A stretch of 64,000 bases of DNA, taken from assembly GCA_053919585.1 (NCBI GenBank), contig CM132783.1, one strand, 5' to 3'. This document shows positions 24,222 through 38,381 of this stretch, piece after piece (the stretch's first letter is position 1; the number at the start of each line of letters is the position of its first letter). The stretch comes from Euprymna scolopes (Eukaryota). A program made the translations under genes and the position numbers. The notes beneath the pieces are model-generated. The model saw only the letters and a list, made by a program, of their open reading frames with translations, ran no database searches and was not told the origin of the DNA.

Positions 24222-24505
24222 CGGGGGTCATCACTTATTAAGGGCCAAAAGTAATTTGAAGATAAGGAGTAATAAGTGTAAGGTGACCAGTGAGACAATA
24301 CAGTAAACATGAGTAATGATGGAATTGGATAGGGTTTAACTCTTGTATAACAGGACGGCTCAACAAGGACTTTTTTGTACATTATTATTGAAAACGACCA
24401 TGTCAGTTGGGAAGCAACCCTGCGACATTGTGTTCCACAGACGAGTAGTTCTAGAACAGAAACCTTGCCGAGAGAACTTTCGTTTGTAGTCATTGTTTCT
24501 ATCAC
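24222..24505 (-). mobile_element. 3' fragment of the CR1/L2-group LINE
   Basis: TCATCACTTATTAAGGGCC terminus and GGACGGCTCAACAAG match the other copies. Confidence 0.7.
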
Positions 24506-24539
24506 TGCCATACTTGCAAGTAATATGATGATGGTGACG

Positions 24540-24587
<48 letters not shown>

Positions 24588-24795
24588 GCAACAACATTAA
24601 TTTGGTAATAAGATGCTGCAAATCACCCAGACACCAGGGTGTGCAACACCAAGCAACGTTTCACGCTTACTCTCCATGTGGCATGATCCAAATGATTTAT
24701 ATCAGTCACGCTACATGCAGTCAAATCACTTACGCATACAAGCCATGTCTTTTTTGGTCTACCATGCACCCTATTGCCTGGGATATCTAGGCGTT
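24540..24795 (-). mobile_element. RTE-clade LINE 3' fragment next to a (TAA)n tract
   Basis: Minus-strand peptide LDIPGNRVHGRPKKTW..WRVSV is the typical RTE C-terminus. (TAA)n at 24540-24588. Confidence 0.7.
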
Positions 24796-24849
24796 TTATG
24801 CAGCTGATAGTACAAAAAAAAATAACAACTTCCAAAAATTACTGCCGTC

Positions 24850-25240
24850 CTTTATGCATTTAGAGAATAGCAACCGCTCCCATGGCGGCCAGAGAAAATG
24901 ATTTAAAAATACCCTGAAGACATCACTGAAAGCCTTCAACGTTGATCCGTCATCATGGGAGCAGACAGCTTTTGATAGGTGGGCCACTGTTCATGTCGAT
25001 GCCTGCAAATATGAAAGTAACTGAAAAGTTGCTGCAAAAAAAAAACAAAAAAAAAGACAATGTTTTGAAGCCCTCGAAATCTGCTACAATTCCTTGTTCT
25101 CATTGCAGTAGAACTTTTTAAGCAAAGATTAGGCTATACCGCCATATCCGCACTCACCGACGATGACTTCCCCTACCCCACCCTACAGGATGATCGGATC
25201 GTTCTCATCGTTCCGACGGATGAACAACAACAAACAACAA
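24850..25240 (+). mobile_element. RTE-clade LINE 3' fragment with C2H2 finger and (AAC)n tail
   Basis: RSHGGQRK*FKNTLKTSLKAFNVDPSSWEQTA ... CSHCSRTF*AKIRLYRHIRTH, followed by an ACAACAAC tail. Confidence 0.8.
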
Positions 25241-26739
25241 TAGAGAATGGAGCCAGCACCAGGGAAACTTATCAATTTGTAGGCAGGTGAAACACCGGTA
25301 TATCTCCTTATATATATGCATAGATATATCGACTGTATGTTCGTTTGTAATTCAATTTAAGACAGTACGTCAAATAGGTTATATCTTTTATTTTGTATTG
25401 ACTTTTACAGACAATATTAATACAGGGACGGAGATAGATCGCAAGTAATATAGCAGAAAAAAGTGAAATGATACAAAGTATGGCGCAGAGAAGAGGGAAA
25501 GGACACAAAGATAAACGGGAGTAGAGATAAGTGTAACCAAGATTTATTTTATTTGATATTTTTATAGAATCACTCCCATCTCCATCTTTCTTTCTCTCGG
25601 TTAGAGTTAGACAGGAGATAAAAATGGGTTAGAGACTGAGCTGATTCTATAAAAATACCTTATAGATAGACACAAGTTGCGTAATAAGTAGGGCTGTGAC
25701 AACAGTATATTCTTTTCATTGTTTTGACTCTCGAGCGTGTATCCCTTGATATTATATATGGTTTTATAGAGTGATGTGGTTCTCGTTTGTCTAACTGTGT
25801 CGGATTGCAAAACTCACTCAACCTCGAGAGTCAAAACAATGAAAAGAATATTCTGTTGTCATAGCCCTTATAATAAGTACCAATGAAGTCTACAGAGGCA
25901 CAAAATGATGTAATGGAATATAGACAGAAAATGAAAAGAACAGAAAAGAGAATGAAGAGAGAGTGTGGGGGGATATAAATGGTAAAGAGAGAAAAAAGAT
26001 GAAAATAAAGACGATGAAAAGAGATATAGAGAGGGAAAAAGCGTGAGAAAAAAATTGAGAAAAAAAAGATTAAGGGAGAACAAAAATGACCAGGAATATA
26101 AAAAAAGAGAAAAATAAAAGGATGAAGAGAGAAAAAGCACAGGGAGCAAGACAACAAAGACAGAAACTTTTTTTAAAAAAATGTGTGTCATTGTTTTTGC
26201 CCCCAAATCTTTACAACTTCATATTATTATCTGTATTTCTTGCAGTATTCACCATGATAAATTGTTGGATGCAAAATTAGACAAAAAAGGTATTTAATTT
26301 GAAATTTAGAAATATAAAATCAATAATGACATTGAATAAAAAAAAACTTTTTGGACAAGTCTGATAATTTTTCATTTTCATTGTTCTTGCTTGCTTATAT
26401 TTCTTTAAAAAATTGTAGTTAATTTCTTTTCAATCTGGGTTTTGCATAAGTTTTACATAAAGTTTCTTATTTAAAAGAATGTTTTTTCAATTTTGTGCTT
26501 TTTCTTTTTTTTTTTAATTAATTTCTACTTTTCGAATTGTATCTTTGAATGGTATGAGTTTTACGACATATCAACGCTTGTTTAGATTTTCTTACAAAAT
26601 TAAACTTTAAGAATATTTATGCATTTTTCTTATTTACTAGAAAAAAATGTAATCCATTTGGTCACCGACTGAACTCGAGCTAAATTGTTTTAATAAGGAA
26701 AAAGCAATTTAAAATGCCAGTTAAATTTTTAAAACATAA

Positions 26740-27290
26740 AAATGAGCAACTTACTCATGATGCACCGGAGACTTGTTGGCCTGTACTGAGAGGGAGATGA
26801 GCAATCACCTGAATCCTTAAATACGGGGCATACTGATGAGATTTTCCATGGTGACGGGAAGCAATTCTCCTTAAGACAACGTTTAAACAGTTTTGTAAGG
26901 ATGGGCGCTAGTTCTGGTTGAAGTCTTTTGAGTACTATAATTGGAATACCGTCAGGGCCGGTTGCTTTACTGGAATCAAGGTTTTTTATTAGCTTGGCAA
27001 CATCACGTACAGATATTTATATATCACATAGCATGTTTTCTTATAGAGGAGGAAATATTGGAGGTTGGCGGCCTTAGTCGTAAAGGGTAGAATTAGCTGC
27101 AAAGTTCTTGGCAAAGAGTTTGGCTTTGTCTGATGCTGACGAGATGACCTCAGGTCCATTTATGAGAGTTAGGACGCTTCTGATCAGGATTCTGTTTGTT
27201 ATTTGCCAAAACTGGTGGAAACCAAGCTGCTGCTCAGCTACTTTGGACTTGACGGACTGAGCATACAACTCTCTTGCGTTCTTTATTACT
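26740..27290 (-). mobile_element. Internal fragment of the CR1/L2-group LINE (pre-RT region)
   Basis: Highly similar to 52645-53200 (QFWQITNRIL, GPEVISSASDKAKLFAKNFAANST, KATGPDGIP). Confidence 0.9.
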
Positions 27291-27640
27291 GGTTGTTTTG
27301 GGTTTTTTTTTTTTTTAATATGTTTGCAACTCAGAACTAATGCCTGTTATCATGCATTTTGTGTTATTAAAATATAGAAAAAAAATGTCATAAGAAAACG
27401 GATGTCGATTAAATCAGATTTAGTTTAATAATAGATTATTTTGTAGCTGTTATGATTTATTATAGGGACTTGCTTTCTTTAGAAACTTTATGATGAAAGT
27501 TCTGCCAGGTTTCCTACATTATAGCACCTTTTCTTGATACTAACTAAAAAGGAACGTAAATTTCCGACACATTTAGTCCGCTTATCAATAATTGTTTTTC
27601 TATAACCTATAATTAAAAATAATTTGCTTCTTTGAATTAA

Positions 27641-28375
27641 TTAGTCCCCTGACAAAAAGAGGGTGGACCTGTAAATTCACCCATGTCCGTTCGTCTGTCC
27701 GCACTTTTCTCAATAACTATGCCTTGGAATTTTTTTTAAAATTTGGCACAAACATTAAATATGATATGAGTAAAAAAAAGTATCAGAATGAATTTTCCGG
27801 GAAAACTCCGGTTGTCCCCCGCCAGAGGTGCCTTTGAGGTTTAAATGGCTTAAATTGACATTCTTTTGCTTATTAAAAAAAAAAATTGGTGCCGTTGATT
27901 TTTATAAAACTTTCTGAAAAGTTATAACTAATTGATTTCTATATAATTTTGTTTGTCTGTACTTCATGATAACTCTTGGTTGTGCCCGATTGGCTTTTTT
28001 TGGGCTAATAAAAACCCTCCCTTTTGGGGATTATTTTACCAGATTTGTCCCAAATTTTCTGTGTATGTCTAGCACCATGCAAAACTGCTAAATAAACTCA
28101 AATTTAAATATGCTAAGACCTTGGGGTCTTTGGGGGCTTAATCGGAGAGGGGCAAATGATGGAATTAGTCATGTCTTTTTTTGCATGATGCAGAACTCAA
28201 ATTTACATATGTTAAGGCCTAAAACTGCACCGTTTGTTCGTTTTCACCAGGATTTGAAGTCCCCTGGGGACTTTTGGGGATAAATGAGCGGAGGGGTGCA
28301 AATGCTGCACTTGGTCACTTGTTTTGTCCCTCGTTCACTGTGCACTCACGGGGGACCATGCATGCTTCACTTGTT
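27641..28375 (+). mobile_element. HINE/DINE-1-like (Helentron-associated) element
   Basis: 5' TTAGTCCCC sub-TIR, short GTCCGTTCGTCTGTCCG microsatellite, 3' GGGGGAC partner plus CATGCATG palindrome, ending CTTGTT. Confidence 0.65.
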
Positions 28376-28574
28376 ATATCTTGAATTGACACATTGCAAA
28401 TCTATCTCCGCTCTATTTTCATGGCAAGTGCTCAACAGAGCTTCGATTTCTGCCCGTCTTGCAAAATATTCACAACAGACACCCGTCTAGCTACAACAAC
28501 AGTCAACAATTTCCTCTACTCTTTATAGATGACTAAAACTAAACGAAAATTTTATGAATTTCCTAGAACTGCTC

Positions 28575-28812
28575 GCTCGTGGAACTCTATAATGTATGAT
28601 CGATTTCCGACTGACAATAATGTAGTTGTTATCAAATCCAATGTAAACAAATTCTTATTGAGCCGTCCTCTGAAATAATCAAATTCTACCCAATTTTCAC
28701 CACTCTCCATCATTACGATGTTGTCTCCCCGACCTCCTGACGCTCATTATACTTTATCGTTGAGTGGCTTTTGAGCCTTGATAAGTGATGACCCCCTTGT
28801 AAAAAAAAAAAT
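28575..28812 (+). mobile_element. 3' fragment of the CR1/L2-group LINE with A tail
   Basis: Ends GAGTGGCTTTTGAGCCTTGATAAGTGATGACCCCCTTGT(A)n. Confidence 0.8.
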
Positions 28813-30968
28813 AATTCCATAAAATCACAAGCCTAATAATACACCCAAGATTGTTTGAGGAACAGATACTTAGATAAGAATCTGGTGTCTTTAGCATGTC
28901 TGTCATAATGGTTGAAAGATGGTAGAGTGATTAAATGCTCACTTGTGAGAACCACTCCCCCGTGACTACTTGAGATATCAACAAAAGAACTCTGGGTCTT
29001 CAAGTTAATCCTGACAAAAGCTAATCGATACTGTTGCACTTGATGTCTTTGTTAAGTTGATTTGTAAAAATAACCGCGCAGAAAAAAAATATATTATTAC
29101 TAAGAATATTTGATTAACTTTCTTGAGTTGATTATGTCTGAAATAGCAGACATTTTTCCTTTTTCTTCTCTTGGGATTTTTTGATAGATACAAAAATACG
29201 AAATAAAGACAACTATCCTTCCCACCTCTATCTCTCTGTTCAATTAACCTCCTGACCAGAAAAAAAAAACATCCAGATGGACACTTACACTTCTTTGTAA
29301 ATACATACATATATGCGTTAGAGTTTAACTTTTAGCAGAGCGGAAATAATAGTTTCCACATAGCAAAAAAGTAATACTCTTCTATGAAGAATATATTTCT
29401 CATGTTACCAAGAACCACGAATAAATATGCAAACAAAGAAAATACATAGCGTTATAAATCTCTACTGCCGTCAGTAGTGAGTTCCTTAGAGGTGAAGGCG
29501 ACCTTCTGTTGGGGGTTTTGAATTTCAGTGTGAATACACTTGCTAGGTTCAGCCACCCTGAAGCGTCATGATAAGACAAAAACTTTCTCTGTAGATGAGA
29601 TATTATATGTGTGTGTGTGTGTGTGTGTGTGCATGTAAAATTATTTGGACATTGTAATTCCAATAAGGAATTGAGTTGTATGTGTCTTTTGACAAAGAAA
29701 AGTTCTTGAGAATGCTGTTTAATATGACACCTGTAATGTTAACAATTATCTTATCTGACTTGTGTGGGGGATCCGGTGTGTAGTTTATATACCGGTTGTA
29801 TAGCTGGATCCCCTCTTTGTAGGTTGCGTGTATGTGAACCGGTTACGTGAATAGGATGCGTGTTCAATAAGTTGGATTGTTGGAGGTCGTCGTTGCTAGG
29901 ATAGCGTACTAAAGAAAACAATCAACAATAATGGCACGTGTTATGAGTACATTTAAACATTTAAATGAAGCACGCTGAAACAGGATCATATATTTACATA
30001 TATACAAGGGATATTTATTTACACAGAAATATTACGAACGTTACAGAGTGTTTGTGTGTTTACAACTAACATGCATGTACATAAACGTTCGTTGCGTGTG
30101 TGAATGTACGTGAGAGTTCGTAGAAGCATACCTTGGAAGTTCATTGTGTGTATAAGAGTTTGTTTGTACGAAACCTCTCTTGAGAAAAGATAAACCCCCC
30201 TGTCGAGGCGTGGATGTAACTTGCGCGCCACTCACATTTGAGGTTTGAATTGAAGGCAAACACGTGTTGTCAGCTCCATGTCTTGAGTGGAAAGAGGAAG
30301 AAGACAAAGGGAAAACAGAAGAGGTAAAAGGGAGCACCACCTGTTGGGCAAAGTGGATGCGACATCTGATGCGTTGGTTAAAAAGTGTATGCATGGCTGT
30401 GTGTGCGGTTTGCTTAAATACATGCTACATTAAAAGGCATGTTCCTATACTTGTCACTTCATTCATACTTTTTTCTTTTTTTTTAATTTTGTTTTACTGA
30501 AAGAAGGCATATTGCCCTTGACGTTTAGTAGGCTACTGTGATAGAAACTAGATTTATCGGGAGGGGGGGGTCAATGTTTGTATGGAGTTTGTCAAAAAGA
30601 TGTTTTCTCGTATAACATGTCATGTTCACACAGTCAAAGAAACGTGGAGCAGAAAGGGCATTACAAGGCAAACAGTCTAAGGAAACCTATCAGAATAGAA
30701 AATTGTGTCCACATCTGTGAGCTTTCGCGGTGAAAGAATAAGAATTTGCAGCTAGTCCGTCAAGACGGATTTTTCTGTTGTACTATTACAACCGGAAGTG
30801 AAGCAGACATGTTGAAGAATATTCTCTTTACATTCAATAAAAAGTAAATGTAACATGCACCGGGTCTTAAGAGTCACCTTAGAGATTATGGAAGAAATAA
30901 GTTAACATGGAGGACCTAGTTGTGATTGCACAGCTATTATCTGGTATATTACTACAGTCAATATTATA

Positions 30969-31328
30969 AGAGGGATGTTCCAAAAGTAAAACCTATTTTT
31001 TAACTAAGAAAATTGAAGAGCTACAAAGACGGGAGTGGTACGACTAAAACAATCTACCTTTTGTGTTCCATAATTTATTTGTCTACATAGTCACCATCAT
31101 TCTCAATGCACTTTTTCCAGAAATTCAACGATGCATCTCTGCTTCTGACTCACGTCCATGACAGAGGTTGCTTTCTTAGAGTCTTACGCATGACGTCAAT
31201 ATTTGCAACAGTGATATTAAACCTTCGGGTCATGTTCAATCATCATACCAATACAATTTGTAATCCCCTTTGATCGATTCGGGCGGAATAAAAACATATA
31301 TGAGGCATTACTTGTTGAACATCCCTCG
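30969..31328 (-). mobile_element. mariner-derived MITE
   Basis: TA-flanked TIRs AGAGGGATGTTCCAAAAGTAA / TTACTTGTTGAACATCCCTCG. Fused transposase ends (MDVSQKQRCIVEF / KKCIENDGDYVDK*). Confidence 0.85.
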
Positions 31329-32194
31329 TAGCTAATCCTTTTAATTGCTAAAAATAGGAATTAAACATCTCAAACTGAAACGAATCGGCCATCAATAGGA
31401 ATTCCGAATCCAGGCTCATTTTGTTGACAGGGGTAGAAAATAAAATTTATATCGAAAAAAGACTTTCATTTGTTTTATAAATGTATAAATTACAAGTGCA
31501 GCGCTCGATGTTGCTCGGGCGTTGTTGTTGGAAAAATGTCGTAAGTTCGACAAACGTAACATGATTTCGTAATATCAACATTGCGAATTAAGTAGAACCG
31601 AGAAAAAAATACATATATTTACCACCATGATCGCGAGTAACATAAAAATAATCAAATCACAAATAAACATGAAGTAAAACGTCTGTAAAAAATGAACTGT
31701 TCGTTGTTTTAATTTAATTAAACATCACTACAAGTATTATATAAAATTTAAGAAATAATCGTGTTCAACATCTTATTTTAGAAAGAAATTCCGGCACAAG
31801 TATTAAAGATTCAACGTGTCTAAAATCTTTAGTTGAACAAGCATGCAACTGTCGAACGGCTAGATTAGTTGGTTTGTGTCTAATTATTTTAAATCTTTAA
31901 AATACAATAAAAAAAATTTTAATGTTTAAATCTTTGCTTTAATACATTATTCACTGAAATATTTTTGTTTAATTTTATTTTAGGAAACGAAGAAAATCTT
32001 TTGCTTCTTTTACGTTCTATTACATTTGAATTATTTTATGGACCTAACCGATAATTACTGTAATAACCCAAGATAGTATGTAAAGAAAAATTTCAATTGT
32101 ATCGTTAAATTCTGAAAGATTCAACCCTTATTGCAATTCAGTTGAATGTTCTGTTACCTTATGGATATCTATAATTCAAGTATTGAATATTATA

Positions 32195-32492
32195 CAGGGT
32201 GAGTCACGGTAAACGGATGTTTTTTTTTTAAAACGCTCATTGCTTCCCTTGAGTAAGAGATAGAGAGTGAAGAAGGTAGTCTTTAAACCTGCTTAAGATG
32301 TCGTTTAGTTTGCTGCTATTTGTTTATCTTTGACATTAATTTTTGTTTTAGTTAGTTATTGATTTTGAATTGCTTTTCTTTTCAGTTCATTGCCCTCATG
32401 CTACTGTGGAGTTGTGAACACCGTATGTTTGCTTATGACACTTACGTGAGAAATGGGGAATTAAAACCACCCGTTTTCCGTGACTCACCATA
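32195..32492 (+). mobile_element. Tc1/mariner-superfamily MITE
   Basis: TIRs CAGGGTGAGTCACGGTAAACGG / CCGTTTTCCGTGACTCACCA with TA flanks. Residual N-terminus WSCEHRMFAYDTYVRNGE. Confidence 0.8.
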
Positions 32493-32613
32493 TATATATA
32501 TATATATATATATATGTTTAATAAATCTAATAGGTTTTATTATATATCAGTTATTTTACCAACCAACTGATAATTGCGCCCAGCAACTGCAGATGAAATC
32601 GAAGGAAACTTTC

Positions 32614-35421
32614 TGTGGAGTTTAGATTTGAAAACGGCTGGGTTATTCTACTTTACACACCGGGATTTTCTTTTAAAAGTAACTTTTCTTTTCTACCACC
32701 AGTTTTCTGTTTTGAGCAAAAGCACGGCCTCCTATCCGTCGAGTTTGGTCTTTTATCCCTTTGAAGTCTCTAGAATTCTCGTGGTTACTCTCTCTCGCCT
32801 TTTACACAATAAAACCAACCACACCTACCACTTCTTTGTCTTCTTCCTCTTCCAGCCCCTGCGTATTGACAGCAGACAGAGCAGACCTTCTGTCTTTTAG
32901 AGGTGAGTGCATTAGAAGAATTACTACTACACACTCCCTGATCCCATGATCACACATGGAACACTAAGGATGGGGGGTCTTTTGCACCATGTGCTTCTTC
33001 GTGGCAGTATAATCATCATGTTTTCAATAGGAATAGTACCCAAACTCGCTGTGTCTTCATCCGAAATGTCATCAGATGAGTCATCATCTACATTCACACT
33101 GCGTGTATGCTCATCCAGCGTCCCATTGCTAGTCACAAATCTCTCACTTCCACTCTCCGAAGGTGTATCAAATACGGCCATTGGTGAGCCTGGTCCCACC
33201 GTAGGTCACAGGTCTCTCACATGGCGTGGCATTCCATTAACTGATATATTCTGCATACTGGTACTCTCAGTCACACGTTCCACTCTGTACTTTGTGATAC
33301 ATCGGTCATCCATTTTGAAGACAGTCTGCTGTTGATTGTCTATCGGTGCTGCTGTTTCGTCAATTCCTTTAAGCCATATGCGGTACCAATAGACTATATT
33401 TGTAGGCACTGTAGCAGAGGACGTCATCCTTCGATGTAACTGTACCAGTATTCTGTCTCCGGTATAGAACACCATTTTCTGGCTGCAATCCTTTTTACAC
33501 TTCTATGACATCGCACAAGGATGTTGTTACCAGATAGGACATATGCACAATGAAATCGAAGTCTGATTCTCCATTCATCCACGAAGGCTTTAAACAAGCT
33601 GCTCTGAAAGGCAATGTCATTATCCATTAAAATTTGTGACAGTGAACCTCGTTCATAGGAAAAAGTCTTTAGCTGGTTTATTATACTTTTCGCATCATGC
33701 AGAGCAAGGCAAAGCAAGCAGGGTCGCACTTAAATCAATGTCAAAAAATGGGCCCCATCGTAATTAGTGATATCCATCACTATTCTATACCATGTTTGTT
33801 TAACATTTAAAGCCCCCTTTGATCAGTGTATGCCTGACGAATCGATCGACTGACACTCTTTGCATTCTTTGACAGCAGTTCTTATGACGGCTTTGGAAAC
33901 TCCAAAATTAATTTCTTCAGCAAAGTAGAGTGTCTGTTTCATACCAGGATAACCACTTTGTTTGCAAACAATTTTGATCTGGTTCAACCTGGCCGACCTC
34001 ACGGATGCAGTGCAGGTAGGTTGCACAGGCTCAGTGTTCCTCTTAATTGCATCAAGCCACAACTAGGGCACTCTCATCAATCGATCCATCTTCTTTTGGC
34101 TAGATTTGACCAAGAATACATCCATGGACAGTACATATTCCTTCATCAATTTCATTATTGCGTCAAGACGTTGTTGAATGAGCATCTCACTCGTAGCTTT
34201 GGCATATGCAGGCTGTGTGGGTAAGAGTATTTGAAACCCATTTATGGACATGCGGAATCGGTGAATAAGTGCAAGGTGGTCATCTTCCAGAGGATTGCCA
34301 ACTTCATTCCTTTAATAATGGCATCAAGTTCTGTTAGGTTAATATATTGGGCGTCCTTTTCTGGACGTAACCAGCATGCATCCTCAGACACCTTGATGCC
34401 ACATGTCCTTGCTTCTTGCATCGATAATAGTGCAACTCTTGAAGCACCATTCCTGCTTTTCCCTTGGGCTGCCAGCAGTCTCTGGCAAAGTGATTGGGAC
34501 CTCCACACTTGTAGCACTGCGACTGCATCCTGCTGGTCAGAGGTTGAAGGTTGGTCCACAGGCACATGAGGAAGAATTCTGTGTCTCCCGACTGTTGCAG
34601 CAACAGATTCTTCAATTTCTGCCTCCTCCTTCATGAGAGCCTACGTCCTCTGTTCCATTCTGGAGGATCCCCACAACTGTTGCCTTACAGAACTGGGGAG
34701 TCCTGACATGAAAGCGCAACTGAGCCATCGATCAGAGGGGTTCTCTTCTATTAACCATGCAAGATCCTGCAGGCCACCCAAGTATTCATTGACAGTTTTC
34801 TCAGATGCAAACAACAGCAGACAATTTTTTTATATGCCACAAAGGGGTCTAGCGCGAAAGCCACGAGGAAGACTCGTTTTACTTGTTTCAAATCCACCCA
34901 TTGACCTTGGGTTAATCTCCAGTATATGGACAGCCCACCACCTCACAGCCTGACCGGTAGAATACGCTGACACGCTGAATGTTGTCAACCCTACACATTT
35001 TACACACCAGCTCCACCTGTTCCAATCATTCGGACACTGGGTGGTCGAGTGAGACACCATGAAATTCAGGAATCAGACGAATATCCCATGCTTTGCCTGC
35101 CATTTGTGAGCTGGAATAGCTTGAAAACTGCTGGGTCATTATGCCTTAAGCACCGGAACTCTCTTTTAAAAGAAACTTTTCTCTTCTATCACCGGTTTTC
35201 TGTTTTGAGCAAAAGCATGGCCCCCTATCCATCCGAGTTTGGTCTTTTATTCCTTTGCAGACTTTGGAATTCTTGCGGTTAGTCTCACCTTTTTCGAGTA
35301 AAACCAACCACGCCTACCACCTCTTTTTCTTCTTTCTCTCCCAGTCCCTGCATATCGACAGGAAACAGAGCAGACCTTCAGTCTTTTAGAGGTGAGTGTG
35401 TTAGAAGAATTATTACTTCCA
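32614..35421 (-). mobile_element. Decayed Ty3/Gypsy LTR retrotransposon with internal deletion of PR-RT
   Basis: Direct LTRs at 32614-32931 and 35105-35421. Gag knuckles CYKCGGPNHFARDC and RCKKQGHVASRC, RNase H (DACWLRP..INLTELDA..FTDS), integrase zinc finger (GYPGMKQT..CKECQSID) and core. PBS-like TGGCAGG and purine tract ATGGGATCAGGGAG. Confidence 0.9.
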
Positions 35422-35984
35422 GATTCCTTTAAAAAATTACTCTTACGGAAACTTACTTGATTTTTCTGTTAACATATCTATTTCTATAACACAAAAAAAA
35501 TCAAGCGCGCGTGTGTGTGTGTGTGTGTGAAAAAAAAAACATTTGAAAGTTTATCCTTAGTATTACTTTATTCTTTCAACATCACTATATTTATTTTTTA
35601 AATTCTTTTGTAGATGAAATATTGTTGCTACTCTTTGAACACAATAACTCCGGATAATTACAATATCAAATGTTATCCTTCTGTTGTCCTTTTCTATGAT
35701 TATCGACTTTACTACACTCTTATGTATGTAGAGACGTATTGCTTATACTTTATAGATTTATCCCACATCACAAATCGATGGTAAAATAAACAAAACAAAA
35801 ATATACTCTTTGATAAAAAAAACCCACCTGATTAACACTGTCCAAAAATAAACATTTAATTACAAGATGGCTATTGACTAGAAATAAGACATTAGTTTGG
35901 ACTTCTCAGATTAATAAAGAAACTGGAGGAATACACGGTAATCATGAAGTTGACAGAAAAAAGTTGTGAGAAAGTGTGTGGAAA

Positions 35985-35986
<2 letters not shown>

Positions 35987-36028
<42 letters not shown>

Positions 36029-36156
36029 GTGTGTGGAGAGATTGAGAGACAGGGAGAGAGAGTTTGTGGAGAACTTGAGAGAGAAAGAGAGAGTATATAT
36101 GTGAAGAAGTTGAAAAACAGAAAGAGGGAATTTGAGACACGTGAGAAAGTGGAGAA

Positions 36157-36195
<39 letters not shown>

Positions 36196-36235
36196 CTGAG
36201 CTACAGATAGAAAAAGTTGAGAGAGAGAGAGTCAG
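35987..36235. repeat. (GA)n-rich low-complexity tract
   Basis: Direct reading. Confidence 0.9.
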
Positions 36236-37448
36236 TGAGCAAGTTGAGATACAAAGAGCGTGAGGAAATTAAAAGAGTGTTTTGAAGTTGATGATGCTAT
36301 TATATTATTTCTGTATAAAGACAGGGTATCAATTTGATACCATATAAAGACGTGACATAATCTCGAGACGATATCAAGATGATTAGATCATCTTGATATG
36401 CTATAAAGATAGTGACATCATTTTGATACTGTATAAAAATGTTAACATCATCTCGATATTGCATAAAGATGAAGATAAAAGAAAAAAACAAATAGTGTAT
36501 AACATGGTGATATTATCTTCATCTCAACTAGTCCTACGTTACCAAAAGCAATAAAACAATCAAAATCTAAAAAAGAAAGAAAAAGTCTAAATAATTTCGC
36601 TTGCTTTTCTGTTCTTTTTTAACTTGTCCAACTTTAATTATTTCGTGCATTTGTTTGATAGAAGAAGAGCCTGATGACCTGATTCGGCACCGAATGATCC
36701 TGCTGTCATCACGGTAACGAAAAGACCGTGCAATGTGCTCCGTTGCCATCCACTTGCCTCTCACCTTCATGTTGAACCGTAATGAAAGCGTATTATTGGG
36801 TGCGTACAACCTGAACACGCCTTTTCGACCTTTTCTGTTTGTTTTTTTTTCTATTATAAAAATTCTTTTTTCTTACTTTCTGTCAACATGCACTAAAAAA
36901 TGTTTGCCATTTATTAGACGCTCGTTTGCAGCTTATATATCGCTTAATTAATTAATTTTATTACGTTTTTTAGTTTTTCTAATTTGTCTAAGCGAAGTGT
37001 ACATTTATAACTGCATGTGTGAGAGAGCCGAGATACGTTCAGTGATGTATTGATGTGTATGTGTGGTTACGTGCACATCTTTTGCGCATTTGTGTGATTA
37101 AATTCCAGTTTTTTTGTTGTTGTTGTTTTTTGCTGGAATTGGACATGCTACCAAATGCCAAACATGCACCCGTTACTTCAGACACTCCAACCAAGTTATA
37201 TTTTTTAATTTTTTCTGAACTTTTTAAAAATATTATTTTAATGGGCTTTTCCTTTGGTATTTTTTCACACATACTCTCTTTACAACATTTCATTTTAGAA
37301 TATCACGTTATTTTATTCTCATATATTATATGAAAATATATTTATGGCAAGTAAGCTATGCAGAAACGTTCGCGGATCATTTCCAAAGGAAATCGTTGGG
37401 CGAAATGTATGTACGCATATTTATATACATGAAATAGTAAATTATATA

Positions 37449-38015
37449 TCTATCTCGCATAAAAGTGAGAATGCGTGTGTGTGAGGACACTTCTCCACCT
37501 ATATACTTAACGAATGTTTGATCTATAGATTTAGCAGTTGGTATATAGACAGGTGGAAAACTTTTTAATCGGTTTCCCTCTGCTGCTAAGGAATCAAAAT
37601 CAAAAAATTGCTACTCCAGGATCATCGAATGTTTATCTGTTTGTAAACTCTTTCCCGAATGCGCATTCATGAATCGTGTACATGACTGATTACTTATGTT
37701 AAGAATAAGCAGATTTGAAAACACCTTTTTAAACGTGTCAAGCTGGCATAATGGTTATCGTACTTGACCAACTGTCATTAGGTTTCGATTTCGATCTCAG
37801 CTGGAATATTTTTTCTACTTATAAGAAGTGAACTGCATAATACTCGCATGCGCGTGTCTCAGTTTCTTTCCGTTTTATTTTTACTTCATTCTTTTTTTAA
37901 GAAATTCAACGTTACATTTTTAATACCTACGACATTTCTGTTTAAGAATTCTGCGTTAATCAAAATATAATATTTATGAGTATCTTATGACCGGGCAACG
38001 CCGGGTGGCCTGCTA

Positions 38016-38016
<1 letters not shown>
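37449..38016 (+). mobile_element. Non-autonomous Helitron
   Basis: A|TCTATCTCGCATAAAAGTGAGAATGCGTGTGTG ... ACCGGGCAACGCCGGGTGGCCTGCTAG|T. Confidence 0.8.
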
Positions 38017-38100
<84 letters not shown>

Positions 38101-38381
38101 GAGAAAAATAGAAAAATCGTATGAAATTATTAAAATAATCAACGTTTCGTCCTTATTTCAGAGGACATCTTCAGGATATTGAAGTAAAAATGCAAGAAAA
38201 GAAAAAGTCATAGATCATACGAAAAAGAGAACAGTGTCGGGAAGGACAAACGTGTGCGTATGCGAAGGTTGGGTTGTTCGATGTCTATATATACACTTTT
38301 AAAAATGCGTTAAAATAAATATGTACATTTTTTTTCTCCTGTAAACTTATTCATTTTATTGAAATATTTAAGGAAAAACGG

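Noticed and set aside
29408-29590. Possible first or coding exon of the LRP-like gene (..MYFLCLHIYSWFL|gtaac)
   Set aside because: No recognisable domain and a weak donor. It cannot be supported without transcripts.
32927-33335. ORFs 32927-33199 and 32946-33335 as host genes
   Set aside because: They lie inside the Gypsy element and are the integrase C-terminal tail and its antisense frame.
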